Notes under the pieces: generated by a model | Database searches by the model: none | Seen by the model: only the letters and a program-made list of their open reading frames with translations | What the model was told of the DNA's origin: nothing | Translations under genes and position numbers: made by a program | NCBI GenBank assembly: GCA_040754335.1 | Contig: JBFMCV010000006.1 | Span: 80,710 to 144,709, forward strand | Length of the DNA: 64,000 nucleotides | From: Thermodesulfobacteriota bacterium | Lineage (GTDB): Bacteria > Desulfobacterota_D > UBA1144 > Nemesobacterales > UBA2774 | Reading direction: 5' to 3' | Part shown: positions 17,191 to 26,916 of the stretch, one piece after another | Layout: every line of letters begins with the position of its first letter | How positions within the stretch are numbered: position 1 is the stretch's first letter

Positions 17191-19254
17191 ATGAGAGTCT
17201 CCCATGCGCTCACGATATTCACTCACCTTATGGCCCTGGCGGGCTTCCTTTCGATCTCGCTCACGGGCGCGGTCGGCCGGCCGGTCATAGCCGTATTTTC
17301 GATTTCCCTTGCCCTGAGCTTCTACAACGAAAGATACGGGAAGGGCTATTATATCGGCCACGGCTTATCCACCGCGCTCGCCTTTCTCCTCGTCCTCTAC
17401 GCCGCGTCGGGCGTTTTTCTCTTAGGCGTCGAGCTTTTCAAAGCCATACTCGAATTCCTCATTTTCGTCCAGGTCCTGAAGCTCCTCGGCAGAAAGCAAA
17501 TGAGGGACATAATACAGATCTACGCGCTCAGCTTTTTTCAATTCGTGGCCGGGACCGTAGTCACCGTCAGTTTTTCGTACTCGGCCGCATTCGTGCTCTA
17601 CATAGCGGTCGCCGTGTGCGCGATTATCGTCTTTGAGATGAGGAGGGGCGCGATCGAGGCCGGGAGCCCGGGCGATAGCGACCCGGGGCTTGTCACCCCT
17701 CCTTTCCTCGGCACCGCTTTCGTTCTGAGCATCTGCATCCTCCTCACGGCGGCGCTCATATTCATATCCGTCCCGAGGCTTCGGGGGAGCTACTTCAGCT
17801 CGGGCTTCCTCAGGACCGGGGAGCTCCGGAGCGGCTTCTCGGACGAGGTCAGGCTCGGCAGGGTAGGCGAGATCAAGTTAGACGGCTCGCCCGTGATGAT
17901 GGTCAGGGTTCTCGACCGCGAGATAGCCGACGTCCCCTATCCCGTCTACTGGAGGGGCGTGGCGCTCGAGGAATTCGACGGGGAGTCCTGGCGGTCGGGC
18001 TCGGCCGGCTACAGTATATATAAGCCGGGCCCTGACGGAAGGGTCGCCGTCGGCGGCAATGCGGCCGGGAAGAAGGGGGATATTCTCGAGCAGGAAATAA
18101 TAACGGAGCCCCTCGATACGGACGTCCTTTTTTCAGCCAATTTCCCGCTCGGCTTCGGTTCCGTCCCGGGGGGCAGGGTGGCCGCGGTCAACGACTCGTA
18201 CAGCCTCCGCGACAGGGTATCGTACAGGATAAAATACTACGCCGTCTCCGATATAGGCGCGCCTTCGCCGGACGAGCTCAGGAATGACGATTCGGCGTAT
18301 CCTGACGGCATGGACGCTTATCTCAAACTCCCGCCGCTCGGGAGCCGGGTAAAGGAGCTCACGCTCGAGATCACTTCTCCGGAAAGTAACGCATACGACA
18401 AGGCCCTCTCGATAAAACGCTATCTGCTCGCGAATTACTCCTACACGCGGACGCTCGAGCCGGGCTCCCGGGGGTTCCCCATCGAGGATTTCCTGTTTGC
18501 GGGAAAAGAGGGACACTGCGAGTATTTTGCGACGGCTATGGCGGTTCTTTTGAGGGAAGCCGGTATCCCGTCGAGGGTCGTGAACGGCTTTATAGGCGGG
18601 TCTCCGAACGAGCACGGGAATTTTTTCCTCGTCCGCGAGAGCGACGCCCATTCGTGGGTCGAGGCGTATTTCCCGGAGCACGGGTGGGTAACGTTCGATC
18701 CCACCCCCGAAGGCGCGGTCAGCCCGGCCCCCGGCCTGTTCCCCCTCGTTTCCTCCTACGTCGATTACCTGAGATACAGGTGGAGCAGGTACGTGATCGA
18801 TTTCAGCGAAGGGGATCAGATGAGGCTGCTGAATGAGGCCCGGGACAAGTGGAGCTGGAAGAAAAAAACGCTCTTCGTCGACAGGGGCGGTAAATCCCTG
18901 TTCGGATACAGGGCTGCCGCTATTATCGCGGTACTCGTCCTCTGCTTATGGCTCGCTTCATCCGGGCCGGGTATTAAATCGAGGCTCCGTCTTCGGAGCA
19001 AAAGTTCCCGGGATAAGGCCTCGGGCATATATAGGCAGGCGCTCGCATATCTCTCGCGAAAGGGCTTCCCAAAGCCCGAGTCTATGACGGCGAGCGAATT
19101 CTCCGAGTCGCTCGTCAAATCCGGCCACCCCGCCTCTTCGGTGATGAAGCTTCTCACGGATAAGTACCTGGCGCTCAGATACGGCGGATCCGCCGATGAA
19201 GAAGGGCTCAGGCTCCTCTCAGGACTTCTCGGAAGATTGAGGAGAAATACCTGA
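17191..19254 (+). CDS. Transglutaminase-like membrane protein (TgpA/DUF3488-type)
   Basis: Multi-TM N-terminus and a Cys-His-Asp core: GHCEYFATAMAVLLREAGIPSRVVNGF, DAHSWVEAYF, WVTFDPT. Confidence 0.85.
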   Translation: MRVSHALTIFTHLMALAGFLSISLTGAVGRPVIAVFSISLALSFYNERYGKGYYIGHGLSTALAFLLVLYAASGVFLLGVELFKAILEFLIFVQVLKLLGRKQMRDIIQIYALSFFQFVAGTVVTVSFSYSAAFVLYIAVAVCAIIVFEMRRGAIEAGSPGDSDPGLVTPPFLGTAFVLSICILLTAALIFISVPRLRGSYFSSGFLRTGELRSGFSDEVRLGRVGEIKLDGSPVMMVRVLDREIADVPYPVYWRGVALEEFDGESWRSGSAGYSIYKPGPDGRVAVGGNAAGKKGDILEQEIITEPLDTDVLFSANFPLGFGSVPGGRVAAVNDSYSLRDRVSYRIKYYAVSDIGAPSPDELRNDDSAYPDGMDAYLKLPPLGSRVKELTLEITSPESNAYDKALSIKRYLLANYSYTRTLEPGSRGFPIEDFLFAGKEGHCEYFATAMAVLLREAGIPSRVVNGFIGGSPNEHGNFFLVRESDAHSWVEAYFPEHGWVTFDPTPEGAVSPAPGLFPLVSSYVDYLRYRWSRYVIDFSEGDQMRLLNEARDKWSWKKKTLFVDRGGKSLFGYRAAAIIAVLVLCLWLASSGPGIKSRLRLRSKSSRDKASGIYRQALAYLSRKGFPKPESMTASEFSESLVKSGHPASSVMKLLTDKYLALRYGGSADEEGLRLLSGLLGRLRRNT

Positions 19255-19304
19255 TATAGGGCTTTCCGGGCGTCTCCCCGGCCCTGGCCGGCCGGCCTCC
19301 GTCC

Positions 19305-19333
19305 TTGCCCATTCATGTCTATTAGGGTAAAAT
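19305..19333 (+). promoter_or_regulatory. Sigma70-like promoter (TTGCCC-17 nt-TAAAAT) for the rimP-nusA-infB operon
   Basis: Hexamers at 19305-19310 and 19328-19333, immediately upstream of the hairpin at 19343. Confidence 0.4.
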
Positions 19334-19342
19334 CATAAGACA

Positions 19343-19366
19343 AAAGCGGGTACGTCCCGCTTTTTT
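19343..19366 (+). terminator. Intrinsic terminator-like hairpin + T6 (tgpA-like gene terminator and/or rimP leader attenuator)
   Basis: AAAGCGGG-TACGT-CCCGCTTTTTT. GC stem with a 5-nt loop and a T-run at 19361-19366. Confidence 0.7.
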
Positions 19367-19368
19367 AA

Positions 19369-19854
19369 TTGAGAGAGCAAGGCGCGATGGCTCCACGGGA
19401 AAACGATATCTTGTTTAATGTCAGGGAGTTGCTAGAGCCGCTCCTTGCGGGCAAGAATCTCGAGCTCTTCGATTTAGAGTTCAAGGGGCAGGGTAAAAAC
19501 GGCGTTCTGAGGGTGTTCATAGACAAGGAAGGCGGAGTGACCATAGACGACTGCGCACTCGTCTCGAGGGAGCTCGGGACTCTCCTCGATATACACGACA
19601 TGATACCCGGCTCCTACACCCTCGAGGTCTCCTCGCCCGGCCTTACGAGGGCGCTCAGGAAACCCGAGGATTTTTTAAGATTCATTGGAAAGAAAGTGAG
19701 AATTAAAACGAACAAGGATTTTGAAAGAAGGAAAATATTTATAGGCAAACTCTTGGAATTCAACGACGGTCTTGTGACCGTTGAGACGGAAGCGGGCAAT
19801 TTCTCCATACCGTACATTGATATTGAAAGGGCTAACCTGGAGCTCGACTTCTAA
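19369..19854 (+). CDS. rimP: Ribosome maturation factor RimP
   Basis: Conserved position upstream of nusA. The pattern LEVSSPGLTRAL is typical of RimP. ATG 19387 is a likely alternative start. Confidence 0.88.
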   Translation: MREQGAMAPRENDILFNVRELLEPLLAGKNLELFDLEFKGQGKNGVLRVFIDKEGGVTIDDCALVSRELGTLLDIHDMIPGSYTLEVSSPGLTRALRKPEDFLRFIGKKVRIKTNKDFERRKIFIGKLLEFNDGLVTVETEAGNFSIPYIDIERANLELDF

Positions 19855-19865
19855 GGGGGCAATAA

Positions 19866-21188
19866 ATGGCTACGATGACGGAATTAAGCCGTGTGATGGA
19901 TTCTGTTTGTAAAGACAAGGGCATAGAGAGGGGAGAGATCGTAAGCGCGGTCGAGGAAGCCGTGCTCTCAGCTGCCCAGAAGCTTTTCCGTATGCAGGAC
20001 AAGGAAAAGGAGCTGGAGGTGCATTTTAACGAAGACGACGGCGACGTGGAGCTCTTCGAATTCAAGACCGTTGTGGAGGAAATTTCGGACCCGGACATTG
20101 AAATCGCTATCGACGAGGCCGTCAAGCTCGACCCCGAAGCCGAGCTCGGCGACCAGATAGGCGTGAAGATAAATCCGGATTTCACGAGGATAGCGATACA
20201 GAACGCGAAGCAGAAGATACTGCAGAGCATAAAAGAGGCCGAGGGCAAGGTAATTTACGAGGAGTTCAAGAACAGGAGAGGGGAGCTCATAAGCGGCATA
20301 GTGAGGCGTGTGGAAAGAAAGAACATAATCGTCGATCTCGGCAGGACTGAGGCGATACTCCCGCCCGAGCAGCAGGTCCCTAGGGAATACTACAAGCCCA
20401 AGGAGAGGCTCCGGGCCATACTTTACGAGATCAAGGAGACCAAAAGGGGCCCGCAGCTCATCCTCTCGCGCTCCCACCGCGATTTCGTGCGCAAGCTCTT
20501 CGAGTCCGAAGTGCCCGAGATAGGCGATCAGATAGTGATAATAAAAGCCATAGCGAGGGACCCGGGGGGCCGCACGAAAATAGCGGTCACCTCGAACGAT
20601 CCGGACGTCGACCCGGTGGGCGCATGCGTCGGGATGAGGGGGGCTAGGGTCCAGAACGTGATACAGGAGCTCAAGGGAGAGAAAATAGACATAGTCCCAT
20701 GGTCTTCGGACGCGGCGAGGTTCGCATGCAATGCGCTCTCCCCTGCCAGGGTGAGCAAGGTGATAATAGACGACGAAAACAAGTCAATGGAGATAATCGT
20801 GAACGACGACCAGCTCTCTCTCGCCATAGGGAGAAGGGGCCAGAACGTCAGGCTCGCCTCCCAGCTCTGTGAATGGAAGATCGACATTAAGACGGAGTCT
20901 CAGGTCAAGCGCGAGCAGCAGGAAGTGGTCACCCTCCTGATGTCGCTGCCCAACGTGAAGGAAGTGACGGCCAATCTCTTATACGGCGAGGGGTTCCATA
21001 AGCTCGAGGACATCGCCTTCGCCGATCCGGAGACGCTCGTGAGGTCGGCAGGGCTAAAGAGCGAAGAGGACGCTCTCAAGCTGCAGACCGCTGCCAGGAT
21101 AGCGCTCAAGGACAAGCTGGAGCAGATGTCGTTCACCGAGGCCGAAGCTCCCGAGGCCGAGAGCGGTAACGCGCTGGAGCAGGAATAA
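19866..21188 (+). CDS. nusA: Transcription termination/antitermination factor NusA
   Basis: S1 and KH1/KH2 regions (DPVGACVGMRGARVQ, LSLAIGRRGQNVRLASQL), 440 aa. Confidence 0.95.
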   Translation: MATMTELSRVMDSVCKDKGIERGEIVSAVEEAVLSAAQKLFRMQDKEKELEVHFNEDDGDVELFEFKTVVEEISDPDIEIAIDEAVKLDPEAELGDQIGVKINPDFTRIAIQNAKQKILQSIKEAEGKVIYEEFKNRRGELISGIVRRVERKNIIVDLGRTEAILPPEQQVPREYYKPKERLRAILYEIKETKRGPQLILSRSHRDFVRKLFESEVPEIGDQIVIIKAIARDPGGRTKIAVTSNDPDVDPVGACVGMRGARVQNVIQELKGEKIDIVPWSSDAARFACNALSPARVSKVIIDDENKSMEIIVNDDQLSLAIGRRGQNVRLASQLCEWKIDIKTESQVKREQQEVVTLLMSLPNVKEVTANLLYGEGFHKLEDIAFADPETLVRSAGLKSEEDALKLQTAARIALKDKLEQMSFTEAEAPEAESGNALEQE

Positions 21189-21379
21189 CGGCTGCCGTTT
21201 CATACAAACAGACCTGATTTTGCCGGATGGGCTAAGGGAAAACCAAAGAGATTACTATATATCGCTTCCGCATCAGTCTCGCTTTTGCAATAGCTTGTAA
21301 ACTTTGGTACTCTTTTCTGGATAAGCTTAACTTTTTTAATTTATTGTAAATATGCAGTTGTGTTGAGGGTGCTTTATAT

Positions 21380-24028
21380 ATGTCTAATGTAAGAGTCTAC
21401 GAGCTCTCGAAGGATCTGAATAAATCGAACACCGAAATACTGAACGTGGCGAAAGGCCTGGGTATTTCCGTAAAGAGCCACGCAAGCTCAATTACCGAAG
21501 AGGAAGCGAAAAAGATAAAGGACAAGATAGCTTCTTCGGGCGGGGGAGGCGCGGCCTCGGCGCAAAAACCCGCCGAAGAAGAGAAAGAGAAGGTCAGGGT
21601 ATTCCGCTCTGAAAAAGGGGAAGAGACGGTTGAGCGGAGACAGGGCGAAAGGGTGGTGCTTCGGAGGAAGAAGAAGCTGGAGGAGCCCGCGGAAGCGGAA
21701 GTCAAGGAGACGCTGCCTGAAGTCCCCGGGAAGCAGCAGGAAGAATCCGCAGGCCGATTAAAAGAGGCTGCGCTGGGTCAGCCGTCCGGAATACCGGAGG
21801 CTCCCGTGGAGCCTGTGCCCGGCGAAGCGGCCCTCCCTGCCGAGTCCGAGGAAGAGGGCCTGGAGCAGGCGGAAACCGAATTCATGGAAATGCCCCTCGC
21901 CGAAGAAGCTCAGGAAGAAGCCCCACCTGGACTTGAAGCGGGCGAAGCCGCCGAGGAGAAGGTTGAAAAGGACGAAGGCGATGAGGCGGCCAAGAAGGCA
22001 AAGAAAAAGGGACGCAGGGTCAAACCGAAAAGGGAAGAAATTATTGACGAAGATACGCTCGAGGAGCTGAGGAAGGCGTTCAGGACGAAGCTCCCCGGCA
22101 GAAAGAGAGAATATCTGGTAGAAGACAGGCGTGCGAGGTCGCGTACTACGGCCAGCACCGCGCACAGGGAAAAGACGTTCGAAAGGAATAACAAGGAAAT
22201 CTTCAGAACAAGAGAGCACATGCCGGAAATAAACGAAGCTGCAAGGGTTATACCGTTCCCGGCGAAACCGGCCAGACGGACACTGAAAATAGGCGAATCC
22301 ATCAACTTGGGCGAGCTTGCGAGAATGATGGGCGTGAAAGCGGGCGACCTGATCAAGAAGCTCATAACAATGGGCGTAAGGACGACGCTCAACCAGGCGC
22401 TCGACCATGAGACGGCGACACTCGTAGCCGAGGAGTTCGGCTTCGACGTTTCGGTCGATATATTCGAGGAGAAGGATATACTCCTTGAGACCTACCCCGA
22501 AGAGACCGAAAGGCTCCTCACTCAGAGGCCCCCCGTGGTAACGGTTATGGGGCACGTCGATCACGGCAAGACGACCCTTCTCGACGCGATCAGGGAAACG
22601 AACGTGGTCGCTGGCGAAGCGGGAGGCATCACGCAGCACATCGGGGCGTATTCGGTCGACGTGGACGGGAGAAAGGTTTCGTTCGTCGACACCCCCGGCC
22701 ACGAAGCCTTCACGGCCATGAGGGCCCGCGGAGCGAAGGTCACGGACGTCGTGATCCTCGTGGTGGCGGCCGACGACGGGGTCATGCCGCAGACAATAGA
22801 GGCTGTAAACCACGCGAGGGCCGCCCAGGTCCCGATAATAGTCGCGGTAAATAAAATTGACAAACCTGAAGCGAATACGGAAAGAATTAAGAGACAGTTA
22901 TCCGAGATCGGCCTTTTATCTGAGGAATGGGGGGGCGATACGCTCTTCGCGGAGGTCTCGGCCAAGCAGAAGAAGGGCATAAGGGAGCTTCTCGAGCTGG
23001 TCCTCCTTCAGGCGGACATACTCGAGCTAAAGGCGGACGCGTCCAAGAGGGCCAACGGTTTCGTCATAGAAGCCAAGCTCGATAAGGGCAGGGGACCCGT
23101 GGCCACGGTCATCGTCAAGGAGGGGACGCTTCGTGTCGGGGATTACGTGGTTTCGGGGATTACGTCGGGCAGGGTGAGGGCGCTCATCGACGATAAGGGC
23201 GGGCGCGTGAGCGAAGCCGGGCCCTCGATGCCTGTCGAGATAATGGGCCTATCGGGCGTGCCCGAGGCGGGTGATCTCTTCTATGTCGTAAAGGACGAAA
23301 GGGCGGCTAAGGACGTAGTCGCGCACAGGGAGATGAAGCAGAGGGAATCGGCCGCGGCCAGGGAAAGGAAGCCCTCTCTCGAGAACCTGTTCCAGAGCCT
23401 CGAGCAGGAAGAGGCGAAGGAGCTCGCATTAATAATCAAGGCGGACACGCAGGGGTCGGTCGAAGCCGTAACCGAATCCATAAGCAAGCTGAGCACGGAA
23501 AAATGCCAGGTGAAGATCGTCCACACGGGGGTAGGCGCGATAACCGAGACGGACGTCGCGCTCGCGAGCGCGTCAAACGCCATAATAGTCGGGTTCAACG
23601 TGAGGCCCGACGCCAAGTCGCTCGAGACGGCCGAGCGCGAAGGCGTGTCACTCGAGCTCCACACCATAATCTACAAGCTGATTGACAGGGTGAGGAGCGC
23701 CATGGAGGGGCTCCTCGAGCCGATAGTCAAGGAAAAGGTCACGGGACACGCCGAGGTCAGGGAGACGTTCAATATCTCCCGGATAGGCACTATCGCTGGC
23801 TGTATGGTCTCGGACGGGAAGGTCTCGAGAGACAACAGCGTCAGGGTGCTCAGGGACGGGGTCGTGATATTCGAAGGCAAGCTCGCATCGCTTAAGAGGT
23901 TTAAAGACGACGTTAGAGAGGTAAACACAGGGTATGAGTGCGGCATAGGCGTCGAGAGGTTCAACGACATCAAGGTCGGCGACACGCTCGAGTTCTACAC
24001 TCATGAACATATCAAGCAAGAGCTCTGA
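21380..24028 (+). CDS. infB: Translation initiation factor IF-2
   Basis: G-domain [24 protein letters not shown]. Low-complexity acidic N-terminal region. Confidence 0.96.
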   Translation: MSNVRVYELSKDLNKSNTEILNVAKGLGISVKSHASSITEEEAKKIKDKIASSGGGGAASAQKPAEEEKEKVRVFRSEKGEETVERRQGERVVLRRKKKLEEPAEAEVKETLPEVPGKQQEESAGRLKEAALGQPSGIPEAPVEPVPGEAALPAESEEEGLEQAETEFMEMPLAEEAQEEAPPGLEAGEAAEEKVEKDEGDEAAKKAKKKGRRVKPKREEIIDEDTLEELRKAFRTKLPGRKREYLVEDRRARSRTTASTAHREKTFERNNKEIFRTREHMPEINEAARVIPFPAKPARRTLKIGESINLGELARMMGVKAGDLIKKLITMGVRTTLNQALDHETATLVAEEFGFDVSVDIFEEKDILLETYPEETERLLTQRPPVVTVMGHVDHGKTTLLDAIRETNVVAGEAGGITQHIGAYSVDVDGRKVSFVDTPGHEAFTAMRARGAKVTDVVILVVAADDGVMPQTIEAVNHARAAQVPIIVAVNKIDKPEANTERIKRQLSEIGLLSEEWGGDTLFAEVSAKQKKGIRELLELVLLQADILELKADASKRANGFVIEAKLDKGRGPVATVIVKEGTLRVGDYVVSGITSGRVRALIDDKGGRVSEAGPSMPVEIMGLSGVPEAGDLFYVVKDERAAKDVVAHREMKQRESAAARERKPSLENLFQSLEQEEAKELALIIKADTQGSVEAVTESISKLSTEKCQVKIVHTGVGAITETDVALASASNAIIVGFNVRPDAKSLETAEREGVSLELHTIIYKLIDRVRSAMEGLLEPIVKEKVTGHAEVRETFNISRIGTIAGCMVSDGKVSRDNSVRVLRDGVVIFEGKLASLKRFKDDVREVNTGYECGIGVERFNDIKVGDTLEFYTHEHIKQEL

Positions 24029-24039
24029 CCCGCATGTAG

Positions 24040-24330
24040 ATGGTTATAGGCATACTCAGAATTGATTTATATATGAACGGCAACAGATCACTTAAAGCCA
24101 AGAGACAGATACTGAAAAGTCTTATCCAGAGAGTAAAATCCAGATACAACAACGTATCCATTTCGGAAGTGGGATCTCACGACCTCTGGCAGAAGGCTAC
24201 TATAGGCGTCTCGCTCGTAGGCAACGAGTCGCGTTTCGTGAATTCCGTGCTCGACCAGGTGACTCAGTTCATAGAAACTACCGGGGTAGTCGAGATGGGG
24301 AACAGGGAATTCGAGATAATACATTTTTAG
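24040..24330 (+). CDS. DUF503 (YlxP-like) protein
   Basis: 96 aa in the conserved slot between infB and rbfA. The SLKAKRQ pattern is typical of DUF503. Confidence 0.75.
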   Translation: MVIGILRIDLYMNGNRSLKAKRQILKSLIQRVKSRYNNVSISEVGSHDLWQKATIGVSLVGNESRFVNSVLDQVTQFIETTGVVEMGNREFEIIHF

Positions 24331-24345
24331 GAGACAGGTTCGGGG

Positions 24346-24696
24346 TTGACGGTCAAGAGGTCGCAGAGGATTTCGGACGAGATAGTGAAGGAAGTGTCCG
24401 GGATGATAGTAAGAGGTGAGCTGAAGGACCCGCGTATAAGCTCCGTATTCATAACCGGGGTAAAAATAACCGAGAACCTCAGCATGGCCGAGATATTCTT
24501 CACCGTTTTAGGGGGAGAAGCAGAGAAGTCGGACGCGCTCCTGGGGCTTCAGCATGCGAAAGGGTTCATCAGGAGCAAGCTCGCGAAAAGGCTAAGGATG
24601 AAGAAGATACCGGACATTAAATTCAGTTACGATAAAGCGCTTGAAAAAGGATACAAGGTAGACGAGATTTTGAGAGGGATTTCGGGTGAGCAGTGA
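24346..24696 (+). CDS. rbfA: Ribosome-binding factor A
   Basis: RSQRISDEIVKEVS..LKDPR N-terminus. TTG start. Confidence 0.88.
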   Translation: MTVKRSQRISDEIVKEVSGMIVRGELKDPRISSVFITGVKITENLSMAEIFFTVLGGEAEKSDALLGLQHAKGFIRSKLAKRLRMKKIPDIKFSYDKALEKGYKVDEILRGISGEQ

Positions 24697-25672
24697 GATG
24701 GAAACGGTATTGGGATTGATAAGGGGCGCCAGGCGGGTGCTGATTTCGTCGCACGAGAACCCGGACGGAGACGCAATAGGGTCGATGCTCGCGCTCGGTC
24801 TCGGGATCGAGCAGATGGGCAAGGAAGTCGTATACTACAATAAAGACGGCGTGCCCGAGCTCCTCCGTTTTCTCCCCCGGTCCGAGAGGATCGGCAATTC
24901 GATAGACGAGATTGAAGGGACGTTCGATCTCGTTTTCGCCGTCGACTGCACGGGGACGAACAGGGCGGGAGAGGAATTCGAGGACTTCATCAAGTCGGGG
25001 CGGTGCGGAAAGGTCGTAATAATGGACCACCATCAGACGAATAACTCCTCCGCCGACTTCCATCTCCTTGATCCCCGTTCTTCCTCTACGGGAATGATAG
25101 TCTATTCGGTGCTCAAGCACCTGCCGGTCGAAATCGACCGCGATATAGCGGAAAACGTGTACACGACTATAATCGGCGATACGGGATCGTTCAGGTACTC
25201 AAACACGAGCCCGGACACATTCAGGATGGCGGCGGAGCTCGTCGAGCGCGGCGCTGACCCCGCCGGGATTTCGGAAGCCCTCTTCGAAAGCGAGCCCTTG
25301 AGGAAGCTCAAGCTTATAGGGCTCGTGCTTCCCACGCTCGAGGTGTCCGAGGATAAAAAGATAGCTTCTGTCTACGTGGATAAAATAATGTTCTCGCAGT
25401 CGGGGGCACGGAGGGAAGATACGGAAGGGATAGTTAACATACCGAGGAGCATAAAGGGCGTCGAGGTCGCGATGCTGTTCAGGGAGGAGAGCGGCAGAGA
25501 AGGCTCCCTCTGGAAGGTGAGCTTCAGGTCGAAGGGGGAGGTGGACGTCGCCAGGATCGCCGAGGGATTCGGAGGTGGGGGCCATAAGAGGGCGGCCGGA
25601 TGCACTCTCTCCGGGAATCTGGAAGAGGTCAAAAAAAGGATATTCGGCTCCATTCGGGAGGTGCTCCCTTGA
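24686..25672 (+). CDS. nrnA: DHH/DHHA1 phosphoesterase NrnA (oligoribonuclease/pAp phosphatase)
   Basis: SHENPDGDAIGS, MDHHQTN and FGGGGHKRAAG motifs. Confidence 0.85.
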   Translation: MSSEMETVLGLIRGARRVLISSHENPDGDAIGSMLALGLGIEQMGKEVVYYNKDGVPELLRFLPRSERIGNSIDEIEGTFDLVFAVDCTGTNRAGEEFEDFIKSGRCGKVVIMDHHQTNNSSADFHLLDPRSSSTGMIVYSVLKHLPVEIDRDIAENVYTTIIGDTGSFRYSNTSPDTFRMAAELVERGADPAGISEALFESEPLRKLKLIGLVLPTLEVSEDKKIASVYVDKIMFSQSGARREDTEGIVNIPRSIKGVEVAMLFREESGREGSLWKVSFRSKGEVDVARIAEGFGGGGHKRAAGCTLSGNLEEVKKRIFGSIREVLP

Positions 25673-26580
25673 ACGGCGTGCTAGTTCTCGATAAACCCAG
25701 AGGCATAACTTCCCAGGCGGCCGTCAATACCGTGAACAGGCTTCTCAAGGCCAAACGCGCAGGACATACAGGCACTCTCGACCCCTTCGCCACGGGGGTT
25801 CTGCCCATCTGTGTCAACGGCGCGACGAAGATAATCCCCTTTATGGACAGCGGGCATAAAAAGTATGAAGCGGTGATGAGGCTCGGCGCGAGGACCGACA
25901 CGCTAGACTTAACGGGCAGGGTGCTCGAAGAAAAGGAAATAGGGATTATCAATAATTCCGAGCTATTAGATGCATTTTCAAAATTTAGAGGTAAAATTAA
26001 ACAGGTTCCGCCCATGTACTCCGCCCTTAAGAAGGACGGTGTCAGGCTGTATGAGTACGCCAGGCAGGGTCTGGAGGTCCCGAGGGCGGAGAGAACCGTG
26101 GACGTTAATGAGTTGGAATTACTGGATTTCAACCCCCCGCTCGTCAGATTTATGGTAAAATGTTCGCGCGGCACATATATAAGGGTGCTCGCTTCGGACA
26201 TCGCCGATGAGCTTGGGTGCGGCGGACACCTTACGGAATTGAGGAGGATCGAAAGCGACGGTTTCACAATCGACGACGCCGTTACTATAGATGATATCAA
26301 AAACGGCTCCGTGGAACTGACCCCTCTCGACCACGTCCTCTCCCATATGAGGCGTATTACCGTCGGTCAGGACATTGCGTGTGATATCAGGGAAGGAAGG
26401 CAGTTAAGGAAATACGATCTCCAAAGGCTGAGGGTCCCGGAGTTTCAGGCTGGGGAGAGGATCATGGTATACGAGGGCGAGACCCTCATCGCCGTTACCG
26501 AGGCCATGATGGATTCGACGGAGACGGAGGACATCGGCGGAGGAGTTATAGTATTCAAGCTTCTCAGGGTCTTTAATTAG
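25669..26580 (+). CDS. truB: tRNA pseudouridine(55) synthase TruB
   Basis: NGVLVLDKPRGITS and catalytic GHTGTLDPFATGVL. Start placed at TTG 25669, overlapping the nrnA stop (TTGA). The ORF is open from 25600. Confidence 0.9.
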   Translation: MNGVLVLDKPRGITSQAAVNTVNRLLKAKRAGHTGTLDPFATGVLPICVNGATKIIPFMDSGHKKYEAVMRLGARTDTLDLTGRVLEEKEIGIINNSELLDAFSKFRGKIKQVPPMYSALKKDGVRLYEYARQGLEVPRAERTVDVNELELLDFNPPLVRFMVKCSRGTYIRVLASDIADELGCGGHLTELRRIESDGFTIDDAVTIDDIKNGSVELTPLDHVLSHMRRITVGQDIACDIREGRQLRKYDLQRLRVPEFQAGERIMVYEGETLIAVTEAMMDSTETEDIGGGVIVFKLLRVFN

Positions 26581-26626
26581 AGTATAAACAAGGGAAACCG
26601 AAACAGCAGTTCAAGGAGGGCATTAA

Positions 26627-26896
26627 ATGTCTATTGAGAAGGAAGAAAAGGCTCAGATAATCAGCGACTATGCCATGCATCAGAAAGACGTCGGCTCGCC
26701 CGAGGTCCAGGTCGCGATTCTGACCCGCAGGATCAAGGACCTTTCGCTCCATACGGAAAAGTCCCCGAAGGACCATCATTCGAGGAGGGGTCTCGTGTCG
26801 CTCGTCGCGAAGAGGAGAAGGCTTTTGAATTATATAAGAAGAAACAAACCGGAGACATACCCGGATCTCATTCAGAAACTCGGACTTAGAAAGTAG
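26627..26896 (+). CDS. rpsO: 30S ribosomal protein S15
   Basis: 89 aa. GSPEVQVAILTRRI..L..H...KDHHSRRGL pattern. Confidence 0.96.
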   Translation: MSIEKEEKAQIISDYAMHQKDVGSPEVQVAILTRRIKDLSLHTEKSPKDHHSRRGLVSLVAKRRRLLNYIRRNKPETYPDLIQKLGLRK

Positions 26897-26916
26897 GGTC
26901 CAAAGGAGGGCCAGTT

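Noticed and set aside
25600-25668. N-terminal 23-codon extension of TruB, and similar extensions of manC (54026), tlpA (49781), the LuxR gene (1972) and cusC (41800)
   Set aside because: The extensions overlap upstream genes or lack an SD. Internal starts give canonical N-termini or signal peptides and sit behind good SD sequences or stop/start overlaps.
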